A stretch of 33,625 bases of DNA from Acidimicrobiia bacterium (GCA_041576165.1 JBFGLM010000047.1:1-33625); one strand, 5' to 3'; counted from the stretch's first letter, positions 8,420 through 17,041 are shown. Numbers and translations: made by a program. The notes: generated by a model not told the origin, from the sequence alone.

Positions 8420-9032
8420 TGCTTTCGACCGTGGTCCGGATCCGCGGAACCGAGCGCTCCGGGGGCGGCACCGGCAACAGCGTGGTCTTGAGCTGACTCG
8501 TCCCGTGTGCCTCCACACTGAACTTGTTCTTGTAGCGGGCGTTGATCGTCGTACTGAACGCGGTCGTGGTCGTGTTTTCGATCGACGACTTGGCCTTTCC
8601 GACGAGGAAGCTGGCCAGACCACCGGTCTGGAAGCCGCCTTTGACCGTGAGTTTGTTCCTCACGCTGAAGTTGGTGTTGGTTTCGAAGTCGAACTCGCGA
8701 CTCGAACGCATCGTGATCTCCATCTTGACGTCGATGATCGACTCGGAGAACTGATAGAAGGTCGGGTTCAACCCAAAGGCCAACAGCGACAGAGGTTGCG
8801 GATTGAGGACCGGGGTCGTCTCGATGACGTCGCCGTCATCATTCACCTTCTCCTCGATGGCGATGACGACCGTGTTCGCATCGAGTTCGGTCTGGGCCAG
8901 CGTCGTAGCCACCTGGATTGAATTGAGGTCCAGCTCCAGCTGCGCCTCGGCGATGGCGAGCGCCATCTCCTTGATCATCTCGCCAAATGGAACGTTCAGC
9001 AGCTCCTGGCCGACATCTACGGGTAATGCCAT
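8412..9032 (-). CDS. DUF2589-like protein, long paralog (206 aa)
   Basis: AAGGAG RBS 6 nt before ATG 9032; ELLNVPFG...AIAEAQ..LD..S, PTFYQFSESIIDVKM, Ser/Thr-rich beta region, GTSQLK...PVPPP. Confidence 0.85.
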   Translation of the reverse strand: MALPVDVGQELLNVPFGEMIKEMALAIAEAQLELDLNSIQVATTLAQTELDANTVVIAIEEKVNDDGDVIETTPVLNPQPLSLLAFGLNPTFYQFSESIIDVKMEITMRSSREFDFETNTNFSVRNKLTVKGGFQTGGLASFLVGKAKSSIENTTTTAFSTTINARYKNKFSVEAHGTSQLKTTLLPVPPPERSVPRIRTTVESNG

Positions 9033-9307
9033 CAACCGCTCCTTTCGTCGGGACCAGCGTCTGCGGCAGGCACGCGGATGCGCCGCGCTCGCTCAACACC
9101 CATCTGGACGCCACCGACAAGCGCCACCACGCCGTCAACCGCCACGGCGGATTTGAGACTGCGGTCGAGGAGAGCGATCCAGCCTCGCTCGAACGACAGC
9201 TGGATGGATGCACCCAGCTCGGCCAAGCGGCGCTCGACCCGGGCGCGATCCGATCGCTGCGCGTGTGAAGCGAGCGTCACGATTACCAACTCGGAACCGG
9301 CCTCCAC
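9032..9307 (-). CDS. Small hypothetical protein, first gene of the operon
   Basis: GGAGG before the GTG; its stop overlaps the next ATG (TGATG); beta-alpha-beta pattern ELVIVTL...RVERRLAELGASIQLSF..GWIALL...VALVGGV. Confidence 0.65.
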   Translation of the reverse strand: MEAGSELVIVTLASHAQRSDRARVERRLAELGASIQLSFERGWIALLDRSLKSAVAVDGVVALVGGVQMGVERARRIRVPAADAGPDERSG

Positions 9308-9431
9308 GACCCCTCCCTGGTCGAAGCCCGCCTGCCGAACACCTTCTCACGACCGGGCTGGCGGCGCAACCGGCCCAGCGTTGGTATGCGCCAAAGTGAG
9401 AGCGGCGTAGGTGGGCCGGAGACTCCAGGTG

Positions 9432-9962
9432 CTAGTGCCGCACCTCGGGGGAAGACCGATGCTGCGCGGGCCGCGGCACCCAGTAATAACCGGCCCAGGC
9501 GCCGAACAAAACTCCGATCAATGCGAACGGTATGGCGATGAACGCCAGCTGAGCTTCGTCCCCGGTTTCGGCCCACGCGGCGACGATCAGCGTGAATACC
9601 ACCGCGGGGCTGACGCCGATCAAGGCGCCCAGCACGGAACGCCCCAGCCGGATGGCGGTGGATTGCTGGCGTACGAGCAGATTCCCATCAGCATCCGTGG
9701 CTTTGCTCCGCACCCAGAACGAGTTCTCTCGCGGCGGGGGCAAAGCCAGTAGCACGCACACGACGGCGTAGATAGGGAAAGCGACCTGCACCAGCAGCAC
9801 CGTCCCAGTCGAGACCTCGGCAGCTGATGCGTCACCACGGGAGATGAAAAGGCCGACCAGACCGGCGCCGAGTCCGAGTGCGGCGAACCCGTTGCGCCAC
9901 CGATTCGTCAGGAACGCGACGACCGTCGCGCCCAATCCCACGATGAGTGACGGCAGAAGCAT
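9432..9962 (-). CDS. Hypothetical multi-pass membrane protein
   Basis: About five hydrophobic segments; GGAGG RBS upstream. Confidence 0.75.
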   Translation of the reverse strand: MLLPSLIVGLGATVVAFLTNRWRNGFAALGLGAGLVGLFISRGDASAAEVSTGTVLLVQVAFPIYAVVCVLLALPPPRENSFWVRSKATDADGNLLVRQQSTAIRLGRSVLGALIGVSPAVVFTLIVAAWAETGDEAQLAFIAIPFALIGVLFGAWAGYYWVPRPAQHRSSPEVRH

Positions 9963-10108
9963 GCCACACCTCCACCTCGGACTTCAGCATCTGCCTCATG
10001 GTGTGGGACCGGTAGGTGCCAAACGTACCTTTGTGCGCTGGCTTCCAGGGCGAGTTGAGGTTTGTTGACGCCGGCAGTCGGACAGGCCACGGGCCGGAGC
10101 GCGACGCG

Positions 10109-10139
10109 GACCGGGCCGGGTGAATCACCCGGCCCGGTC
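10109..10139. terminator. Strong hairpin downstream of the secreted-protein gene
   Basis: GACCGGGCCGGGTGA-A-TCACCCGGCCCGGTC, perfect 15-bp inverted repeat. Confidence 0.7.
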
Positions 10140-10160
10140 TACGTTCGTTACGTTTGCTCG

Positions 10161-11714
10161 TTACTCGTCACAGTGGCCGGGGCCGGTCACTCCTTCGTTG
10201 TAGTCGGCCAGGCTGCCCGCCAGGGCGATCGCGGCGTTGCGGTTGGGTCCTCGAGGGATCAGGTTGTCCCCGGGAGTTCCCGGACCGTCGGCATCCCACT
10301 GCTGCAGCATGGCTCCGGCGGCGGTCCAGTCGGCCAGCACTGCCGGCGGGATCGCGGCGCCGTTGAGCACGTTCAGTTCGGCGGCGATGTACTGGTGGGC
10401 CAGGATGTACCACGCATTACCACCCCGCGGCGTGGTCCACAGCACGTCGTAATAGCTCTGCCCGCTGCCGAAGAACGGCGTCGCCGACCCGTTCGGCAGG
10501 ATCAGATCCCACGTGTCGTCGAAGGGCGCCGGGCCCTGGTCGGAGTGGGTCTTCCAGTAGCCCTGGGTCAGGGTGCAGCCGCCGGTATCGGGGCAGTCGA
10601 CGAACACGTCCACAGTCCACGTGTCGCTCCCCTCGGTCCCGGTGTCGTTCGTGGTGAACGTGACGGTGTTCTTCATCTGCTGGTCGCCGCACTGCGTGTC
10701 GTCGAACGGGCCGACGTTGCGGACGTAGTGGAACGACGCCGGCACCAGGCTCGCGTCTACCGTGCCGAGGAAGCCGGCGAGGTCGTCGTTGACGTCGATC
10801 TCCTCGTCGATCTCGGTGGTCGGCGCCCCGAAGGCCACGTTGGCCGTGGCCTGGCCGCCGCCCACCTGGCCGGTTGTTGCAACCGTGGCCGTGTTGACCC
10901 GGTCGCTGCCGTCCGGCAGGTCGGCGCTGTAGGTGCAGTGCAGGCTGTCACCTGGCGCCAGCACGGCCGGCAGCGGCGGGCAGTGCAGCGTGGGCGCAAT
11001 GGGCCCCGAGATCACGTCGGTCACCGAGGTCACTGTGGCGGGGAGCGGGGTGTTGTTCTCCACCCAGATCTCGCCGCTCACCGCCCAGTCGCTGTCCTGG
11101 GAGGTGGCGTCGACGTCGATCCAGTAGGTCACCGGGAACTGCTGGCCGGGCGCCAGGTTGAGCGGGCCGGCGGTGTTGGCGGTCTTGTCGATCTCCCATG
11201 TCCAATTGCGGGTGAACTCGGTCTCGGCGGTCTTCTCGACGTCGACTTCCCAGTCGTAGCAGAACGAGATGTGGCTGATCGCGAACGGCTGGTTGTTGTT
11301 CGGGTTGACCGGGGCGTGGAGGCCGGTGTCCGACGTCTCCTCGGCGGGAGGGTCGTAGACGTACACGTTTGCGTTGGGACCGCCTTTGACGATCACTGCG
11401 TCGATGCCGATGGTCGACGTCCAGTCGAAGAAGGTGCCGTCGGACGTGATCGTCACCGACTCGGTCGTCAAGGCGTGCGGCGGCGTCGTAACCGGCCCGC
11501 CGAAGAAGTACGTCCCGCTCGGCGGCGGCTCTGGCTGCGGCTTGAACCCGAAGTCGTAGGCGAGGTCGACGCACTTCGGATTACCGGCCACAAAAACCGG
11601 ATTCACGTGATTCGCCGCCGCCCCTCTCGGGGTCAGGATGATGAGCGCCGCTGCCGCCACGATGGCGGCGATGACCGCAATGGCACCCCGACGGGATGCA
11701 TGGTCGTGATACAC
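10161..11714 (-). CDS. Secreted multidomain beta-rich protein of unknown function
   Basis: Start likely GTG 11714 (GAGGGG RBS); signal peptide ending ...PRGAAA; T/V/D-rich Ig-like repeats; C-terminal GCTLTQGYWKTH...LAHQYIAAELN...GPGHCDE. Confidence 0.85.
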   Translation of the reverse strand: MYHDHASRRGAIAVIAAIVAAAALIILTPRGAAANHVNPVFVAGNPKCVDLAYDFGFKPQPEPPPSGTYFFGGPVTTPPHALTTESVTITSDGTFFDWTSTIGIDAVIVKGGPNANVYVYDPPAEETSDTGLHAPVNPNNNQPFAISHISFCYDWEVDVEKTAETEFTRNWTWEIDKTANTAGPLNLAPGQQFPVTYWIDVDATSQDSDWAVSGEIWVENNTPLPATVTSVTDVISGPIAPTLHCPPLPAVLAPGDSLHCTYSADLPDGSDRVNTATVATTGQVGGGQATANVAFGAPTTEIDEEIDVNDDLAGFLGTVDASLVPASFHYVRNVGPFDDTQCGDQQMKNTVTFTTNDTGTEGSDTWTVDVFVDCPDTGGCTLTQGYWKTHSDQGPAPFDDTWDLILPNGSATPFFGSGQSYYDVLWTTPRGGNAWYILAHQYIAAELNVLNGAAIPPAVLADWTAAGAMLQQWDADGPGTPGDNLIPRGPNRNAAIALAGSLADYNEGVTGPGHCDE

Positions 11715-12173
11715 GAGGATCCCCTCTTTCTGCGCCCGCACAGAGGACGCGCCCACCGGAACCCGGGGAGATCGCGAATGCAGGCTCGAAAGTGGGTGGA
11801 TCCCCCAATTCGAAGCATCCGGAACCCGTCACCTGGGCCCCATGTCCCTTCAAGTCTCAGCGTGCCGATGGGGTGAGCGGCCCGCCAACCCCCCAAACTT
11901 AGCCCTCCGGCGCTGATCTGATAAGGGAGATTCTCGGGTTTCTTCAGCCGCCCTTGGGCTCCGACCTGCCCAGTGCCGAACCGGTCCCGGGATGCTGTTC
12001 GGACCAGCCGCCAGCAGCTTGGAGCCTGATCGCGCCGTAGCGGCGCAACCACAGATCAGCGCCCTGGTAAGCGCACCACCGACCACGGGAACGCGTGATC
12101 ATGACCTCGGCCTCTTGTCCGCAAACCGGCCGCGAGGTCAGATGGAGACAGACGTTATGCGTCGAGGAGTGTC

Positions 12174-12800
12174 ATGACAGATGCACGCGCCAATCCGGCG
12201 CCACTAGGTCTGATGGGTTTCGGCATGACGACCATTCTGCTGAATTTGCACAACATCGGTTTCTTCGAAATGGACCAACTCATCCTCGCCATGGGCATCT
12301 TCTATGGGGGATTGGCTCAGGTGATCGCAGGCACGATGGAGTACCGCAACGGCAACACCTTCGGAACGACCGCATTCACCAGCTACGGCCTCTTCTGGCT
12401 GTCTCTGGCATGGATAATCGCCGCTCGCGGCGACAGCGTGTTCGGGATTGGAAACGATCCGGGCTACATGGGGTGGTATCTGATCATGTGGGGTCTGTTC
12501 ACGGCCTACATGTTCGTCGCGACGTTCACCAAGAACCGGGCGCTCCAGGTGGTCTTCGGATCACTCACCTTGCTGTTCATTCTTCTGGCAATTGGTGACT
12601 GGACGGGCAGCACCGCCATCACTCAGATCGCCGGCTGGGAGGGTGTGTTCTGCGGCGCCTCGGCCGTCTATCTGGCCGCTGCCGAAGTGCTGAATGAGGA
12701 CTTTGGCCGGCGCGTTCTGCCGGTCGGGGATCGGAAGACGGTCCCGCTGAAAGCCATGCCACCGCTCGAACCGACGGTACCGCACCCACACGACCTGTGA
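12174..12800 (+). CDS. satP: Acetate uptake transporter (GPR1/FUN34/YaaH family)
   Basis: Signature ANPAPLGLMGFGMTTILLNLHN, GNTFGTTAFTSYG; GAGGAG RBS. Confidence 0.95.
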   Translation: MTDARANPAPLGLMGFGMTTILLNLHNIGFFEMDQLILAMGIFYGGLAQVIAGTMEYRNGNTFGTTAFTSYGLFWLSLAWIIAARGDSVFGIGNDPGYMGWYLIMWGLFTAYMFVATFTKNRALQVVFGSLTLLFILLAIGDWTGSTAITQIAGWEGVFCGASAVYLAAAEVLNEDFGRRVLPVGDRKTVPLKAMPPLEPTVPHPHDL

Positions 12801-13012
12801 AGCAGACGTCCCGGCGAGCCGGGCGCAACGGGCATGCCGTATGCGGCTCGCCTTGAGAGTTCGGGACAGGCAAACGACCGGGTGGTGAAGCCGGTGACCG
12901 GCATATCCGTCGGCGCCTGCGCCGGTGGGCCCGAAAGCGACGGCGTTGGAAGGTCCGGCAGGTGCGGGTCTTCTACGCTCGCCTGCCATGCACGAGTTGT
13001 CGCTCCGAGTAT

Positions 13013-14380
13013 GTGCTCACGGTGGCTGATCTGGTCGGCGGTTTCCCGGCCGATTTCACCTGGGGGGCCGCAACGAGCAGCTACCAGATTGAGGGAGCCG
13101 CCACTGCCGACGGCCGCACCCCGTCGATCTGGGACGTGTTCTGCCACACCCCCGGCAAGACCGCCGGTGGCGACACCGGTGACGTTGCGTGTGGTCACTA
13201 CCGGCGCCGGCGCGAAGACGTATCACTTATGCGCGAGATTGGGATCACCGGCTATCGCTTCTCCATTGCCTGGCCGCGAGTGATTCCGGGACCAGGCGGT
13301 GGCGTCAATCACGCCGGCCTCGATTTCTACGATGAGCTGGTTGACGGACTCCTGGCAGCGGGTATCGAACCGTGGCCCACGCTATACCACTGGGACTTGC
13401 CGCAATGGCTGGAGGACGCCGGCGGCTGGCCGGCCCGGATGATCACTTCTGCCTTTGCGGAGTATGTCGATGCGGTGACCAGTCGGCTCGGCGACCGGGT
13501 GACCCGCTGGACCACGCTCAATGAGCCGTGGTCGGCGTCGATCCTCGCTTACGGGCTCGGTCGCCACGCCCCCGGCCGCACCGAACCTGTTGCCGCCTTG
13601 CAGGCTGCGCACCACCTGCTACTGGCCCATGGCGTTGCCGTAGGGGTGATACGTCACAACGTTGCAGGCGCGCGTGTCGGGATCGCCATGAACACCCAGG
13701 CAGTACGGGCGGCCACCGCGGCACCTGCAGACGTCTCTGCTGCCCGCGCCCACGACGGGTATGTCAACAGGTGGTTCTTCGACCCACTCCACGGCCTCGG
13801 CTACCCGGAGGACATGGTCGTTCGATATAGAGGGATCACACCACATGTTGAACCTGGCGACCTCGACCAGATCGCGACGCCAATAGATTTCGTTGGCGTC
13901 AATTACTACAACGCCGCCGTCGTCCGGGCGCCCGGCAGGCCGCAGCCAGGAGCTTTTCCCGGGCTAGACAACGTCGAGGAGGTGCCCCAGCCCGGACCTA
14001 GGACGGCCATGAACTGGCCCATCAATCCCGACGGTCTGGGGGATGTGCTATGGCGTATCCACCAGGACTATCACCCCACGGCAATTGCCGTCACGGAAAA
14101 CGGTTACGCCGCTGAGGGCGAGCAGGTCACGGGCCGGCAGGTTGCGGATCCGCAACGGACCTCCTTCATCCGCAAGCATTTGCACGAGGTGGCCAAAGCG
14201 ATCAGCCACGGCGTCCCGGTCGAGGGCTACTTCGTGTGGTCGCTGTTCGACAACTTCGAGTGGGCGCATGGTTACCGGCCCCGGTTCGGATTGGTGTATG
14301 TCGACTTCGTGACCGGGCGGCGAACCGTCAAAGACAGTGGGCGCTGGTACGCGCGGCAGATCGCATCCATTGTGGGCTAA
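13013..14380 (+). CDS. GH1 beta-glucosidase
   Basis: FTWGAATSSYQIEG, TLNEP acid/base, VTENG nucleophile, DNFEWAHGY; start uncertain (GTG 13013 or 13022). Confidence 0.95.
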   Translation: MLTVADLVGGFPADFTWGAATSSYQIEGAATADGRTPSIWDVFCHTPGKTAGGDTGDVACGHYRRRREDVSLMREIGITGYRFSIAWPRVIPGPGGGVNHAGLDFYDELVDGLLAAGIEPWPTLYHWDLPQWLEDAGGWPARMITSAFAEYVDAVTSRLGDRVTRWTTLNEPWSASILAYGLGRHAPGRTEPVAALQAAHHLLLAHGVAVGVIRHNVAGARVGIAMNTQAVRAATAAPADVSAARAHDGYVNRWFFDPLHGLGYPEDMVVRYRGITPHVEPGDLDQIATPIDFVGVNYYNAAVVRAPGRPQPGAFPGLDNVEEVPQPGPRTAMNWPINPDGLGDVLWRIHQDYHPTAIAVTENGYAAEGEQVTGRQVADPQRTSFIRKHLHEVAKAISHGVPVEGYFVWSLFDNFEWAHGYRPRFGLVYVDFVTGRRTVKDSGRWYARQIASIVG

Positions 14381-14601
14381 CACGAGCCCGGCATCGCACG
14401 GGACCGGCACGAGTGGACCGATCACCGGTCGGGCAACAACGAGCGTTCGTCCGTTCGTCAACCAGCTCCGCGGTGCACGGCAACACCGGGCCATCCCAAG
14501 GTGTCCCGGTGCCGCCTTCGTCAAGGCCGCCGGAGAGGGCAAGGCGGACCTTGGCTAGATACGGTGATGTTGCACCGGCAACAACCAGAATGTGATCCCG
14601 T

Positions 14602-15135
14602 ATGGCCGCCTTGCCACCGTATGTCACCGAGCAGGAGATCCAGGAGCGCGTCGCCGAGCTGGCCGCTCAAATCAACCGCGATTACTCGGACTCCGCGCCG
14701 CTCGTGCTGATCGGTGTGCTGAAAGGATCGTTCATCTTCCTGGCCGACCTCGCCCGCCGTCTCACCGTACCTCACCGAGTCGAATTCCTGGCCGTGTCGT
14801 CGTATGGCGAGCGGGAAAGCGAGGACCCGGGTGCGGTGCGGCTGCTGATGGACGTTCGCCACGACATCGGGGGCGAGCAGGTGTTGCTGGTCGAGGACAT
14901 CGTCGACACCGGCCACACCATCGGCTATTTGCAGCGTTTGCTCGCGGCGCGGCGCCCTGCGTCCCTGCGGACCTGTGCGCTGCTCCACAAACCTGACCGA
15001 ACCGAAGAGGACGTTCCCCTCGATTACCTAGGCTTCACGATCCCGGACGTATGGGTGGTGGGCTACGGCCTCGACTATGCCGAGCGATTCCGCACCCTCC
15101 CCTACATCGCCCAGCTCCCGCCCGACCAGCGGTAG
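14602..15135 (+). CDS. hpt: Hypoxanthine phosphoribosyltransferase
   Basis: GVLKGSFIFLADL, VLLVEDIVDTGHT PRPP motif, VVGYGLDYAERFR. Confidence 0.96.
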   Translation: MAALPPYVTEQEIQERVAELAAQINRDYSDSAPLVLIGVLKGSFIFLADLARRLTVPHRVEFLAVSSYGERESEDPGAVRLLMDVRHDIGGEQVLLVEDIVDTGHTIGYLQRLLAARRPASLRTCALLHKPDRTEEDVPLDYLGFTIPDVWVVGYGLDYAERFRTLPYIAQLPPDQR

Positions 15136-15167
15136 GGGACGACGCGGCTGAGCGGCACCCGGGCCGA

Positions 15168-15611
15168 TTACCCGCCGAAAACGTCGTGGTAGTCGGGGAT
15201 GTCTTCGTTGACCACCCACAGCCACATGTAGATGCCCGATGGGCCCATGAACTTGAACTCGTCCCGGATGGCTTTGACCAGCTCGTCGTAGTCGCCGAAG
15301 CTGCGCAGCCATTTCTGGAAGCCCTCAACAGTTCCCCCGCTGAGCCGCAGCAAGGTGTCGGCGTTGTGGGTCGTTGCTTCGATCTTGCGCCGGTTGCGGA
15401 TGATCCGGGTGTCCTGGGCCAACTGCTCGAAATCGTGATCGTCCAGCCCGGCGATGTGTTCGACGTCAAAGCCGTTGAAGGCCTCTTTGAACCCATCCCA
15501 TTTCGATTCGACCACCTTCCAGCTCATGCCCGACTGGAAGACGGCCTTTGTCATGACTTCGAGATAGTCGTTCAGGCTGGTCGGGTTGATCCGATCCGGC
15601 TCGGTCGGCAT
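15168..15611 (-). CDS. DNA-3-methyladenine glycosylase I (Tag)-like protein, short form
   Basis: FQSGMSWKVVESKWDGFKEAFNGFD...IIRNRRKIEATTHNA...FKFMGP; AAGGAGG RBS. Confidence 0.85.
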   Translation of the reverse strand: MPTEPDRINPTSLNDYLEVMTKAVFQSGMSWKVVESKWDGFKEAFNGFDVEHIAGLDDHDFEQLAQDTRIIRNRRKIEATTHNADTLLRLSGGTVEGFQKWLRSFGDYDELVKAIRDEFKFMGPSGIYMWLWVVNEDIPDYHDVFGG

Positions 15612-15722
15612 GCTCGGCGCCTCCTTGTGCTGCGGTCACTCAACCTACTCCCGGGCGAGAGCCCGCGGTCGACGGGCAGGTTGACATATTCACCTGATAG
15701 GGCTCGACCGGGGCCGGTGCCG

Positions 15723-16289
15723 TCAGGCCCCGAGGCAGCGCTCGCCTGCCCGCAGCCAGTCCTTGCGGGTCGTCCCGCTGAACGGTCGGATGAACAGCCA
15801 GTAGGCGCCGAAGACTCGCCGGGTACGGTCATCGGTGGCCAGGATCCGGGTTTGCGTGCTGACGAACGCACCATCGCCGAGCGGCGTGGCGGCGAAGTTA
15901 GCCGCGATCTTCACGAAGCCCGGCCGGTCGAACGCGATGAAGCCAACCGGGTCTTCGACTGCAATCCGTTCGCCGCCGTCGAGCCGCCACGACTGGTCGA
16001 TGAGCCCGAATGTGAACTCCCGCCCCGGAACCTCGCCCAGCCGGCAAAACCCGAATGCGAGCATCGCGTCAATCAGTGGGCTGTCTGGGCGCGGTCCGTC
16101 GAATCTGGGGCTGCGTTTGATGATCCGGCTGGGCAAGTCACGCAGGGCCATCAACCGACGGGTGAACGGCATGTCTGCGGCCCGCACGCCGAGCATCGCT
16201 TCCAGCGAGGTTTCCGCTGGGGCAGGGAATCGACGCCCGTACGTCTCGCACCAGTGCCACTCCGGCATCACGTCGTTGAGGACGGTCAT
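15723..16289 (-). CDS. Conserved hypothetical protein (DUF2867-related)
   Basis: Start ATG 16289 with GGGGAG RBS; F..FDRPGFVKIAANF...TQTRILATD...FGAYWLFIRPFSG. Confidence 0.75.
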   Translation of the reverse strand: MTVLNDVMPEWHWCETYGRRFPAPAETSLEAMLGVRAADMPFTRRLMALRDLPSRIIKRSPRFDGPRPDSPLIDAMLAFGFCRLGEVPGREFTFGLIDQSWRLDGGERIAVEDPVGFIAFDRPGFVKIAANFAATPLGDGAFVSTQTRILATDDRTRRVFGAYWLFIRPFSGTTRKDWLRAGERCLGA

Positions 16290-16374
16290 AGCGGCTCCCC
16301 CGCAGTAGTCCAGTGCCAAGGATGCATGTCGAGTGCGAGCCGGTGCAACCAATCCGAGGGATAGCGGCTGCCGT

Positions 16375-16443
16375 GGCACCGCAGACAACATCGAGGCGTT
16401 CCTCGATGCCGGGACGAGGGCGGTTGGGCCGGGCGGCCGGCTC
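16375..16443 (+). pseudogene. Possible KDPG/KHG aldolase C-terminal remnant
   Basis: GTADNIEAFLDAGTRAVGPGGRL resembles the Eda C-terminal GGV..DN...FL.AGA.AVG.G..L motif; no intact ORF. Confidence 0.35.
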
Positions 16444-16518
16444 CCGCCGAGCCGTCCATCATTCGCGACCGCGCCCGGCGGGGCCATGGCTGTGGCCGCG
16501 CCGAGCCGACGCCGACAT

Positions 16519-16556
16519 GTGCTCGACCGCGGCCTGGGCGAGCCGCGGTCGAGCAC
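16519..16556. terminator. Hairpin closing the small-ORF operon
   Basis: GTGCTCGACCGCGGC-N8-GCCGCGGTCGAGCAC, perfect 15-bp stem. Confidence 0.65.
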
Positions 16557-16600
16557 GTCGGTGGGGAGCTAGCTGGAGGCCACGTGAGGGTTGAGAGATA

Positions 16601-16753
16601 TCACGCCGCCCGGCCGAGGTGCGTGCGACCTGATCCTCCGCACAGGCACGTGTAGCTGATTCTGAACCCGTCGGGCGTTCGTTCGATCCGGTCAATCGCA
16701 GATAGATTCATCAGTATCCGTCTGCCATGCACCGGGCAGTGAGCGGCGAACAT
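16601..16753 (-). CDS. 50-aa putative zinc-ribbon microprotein (not in ORF track)
   Basis: MFAAHCPVHGRRILMNLSAIDRIERTPDGFRISYTCLCGGSGRTHLGRAA; CxxH...CxC; ATG 1 nt after the previous stop. Confidence 0.75.
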   Translation of the reverse strand: MFAAHCPVHGRRILMNLSAIDRIERTPDGFRISYTCLCGGSGRTHLGRAA

Positions 16754-16754
16754 G

Positions 16755-16856
16755 TCACCGCCGGCGCTGGCGCCGGTTCTCCCGGAGCACCTGCCGCCGC
16801 CGGTGCTGACGCATGAGCTCCATATCGACGTACCGCCAGTTGAAGTGTGCAGACAT
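16755..16856 (-). CDS. 33-aa Arg-rich microprotein (not in ORF track)
   Basis: MSAHFNWRYVDMELMRQHRRRQVLRENRRQRRR; perfect AAGGAGG RBS overlapping the upstream TAA. Confidence 0.6.
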   Translation of the reverse strand: MSAHFNWRYVDMELMRQHRRRQVLRENRRQRRR

Positions 16857-16867
16857 AGGGTTCCTCC

Positions 16868-17041
16868 TTAGACGAGCGGCCCGAGCTGGGCCCGCAGCTG
16901 GGCGAGCTCGGCACGCAGGGTTTGCAGCTCGCTGGTGAGAGCCACTCGTTCGGCCAGGTTTCCATTTTTCGCCCGCAGATCGGCCAGGCGGGCGGATCCG
17001 ACAGCCAAACGATCGAGTTTCTGTTCGAACTCGTGGTGCAT
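16868..17041 (-). CDS. 57-aa coiled-coil small protein
   Basis: Start ATG 17041 with AGGAGG RBS; MHHEFEQKLDRL...LQTLRAELAQLRAQL. Confidence 0.7.
   Translation of the reverse strand: MHHEFEQKLDRLAVGSARLADLRAKNGNLAERVALTSELQTLRAELAQLRAQLGPLV

Noticed and set aside
3988-9307. Prophage interpretation of the polymerase plus structural-looking operon
   Set aside because: No integrase, terminase, capsid, helicase or lysis genes; flanks are ordinary host genes.
10062-11876. 604-aa plus-strand ORF
   Set aside because: Antisense shadow of the GC3-biased secreted-protein gene; no motifs.
11755-12000. Possible c-di-AMP or other riboswitch (GAACCCGTCA) upstream of the secreted protein
   Set aside because: Only a short match, on the wrong strand; the other conserved elements are absent.
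12860-12960. GGCAAAC...GAAA motif suggesting a c-di-GMP-I riboswitch before the GH1 gene
   Set aside because: No GCAAAG/P2 receptor architecture found.
14381-14558. Possible gene remnant ending AAFVKAAGEGKADLG*
   Set aside because: Too degenerate to assign a family.
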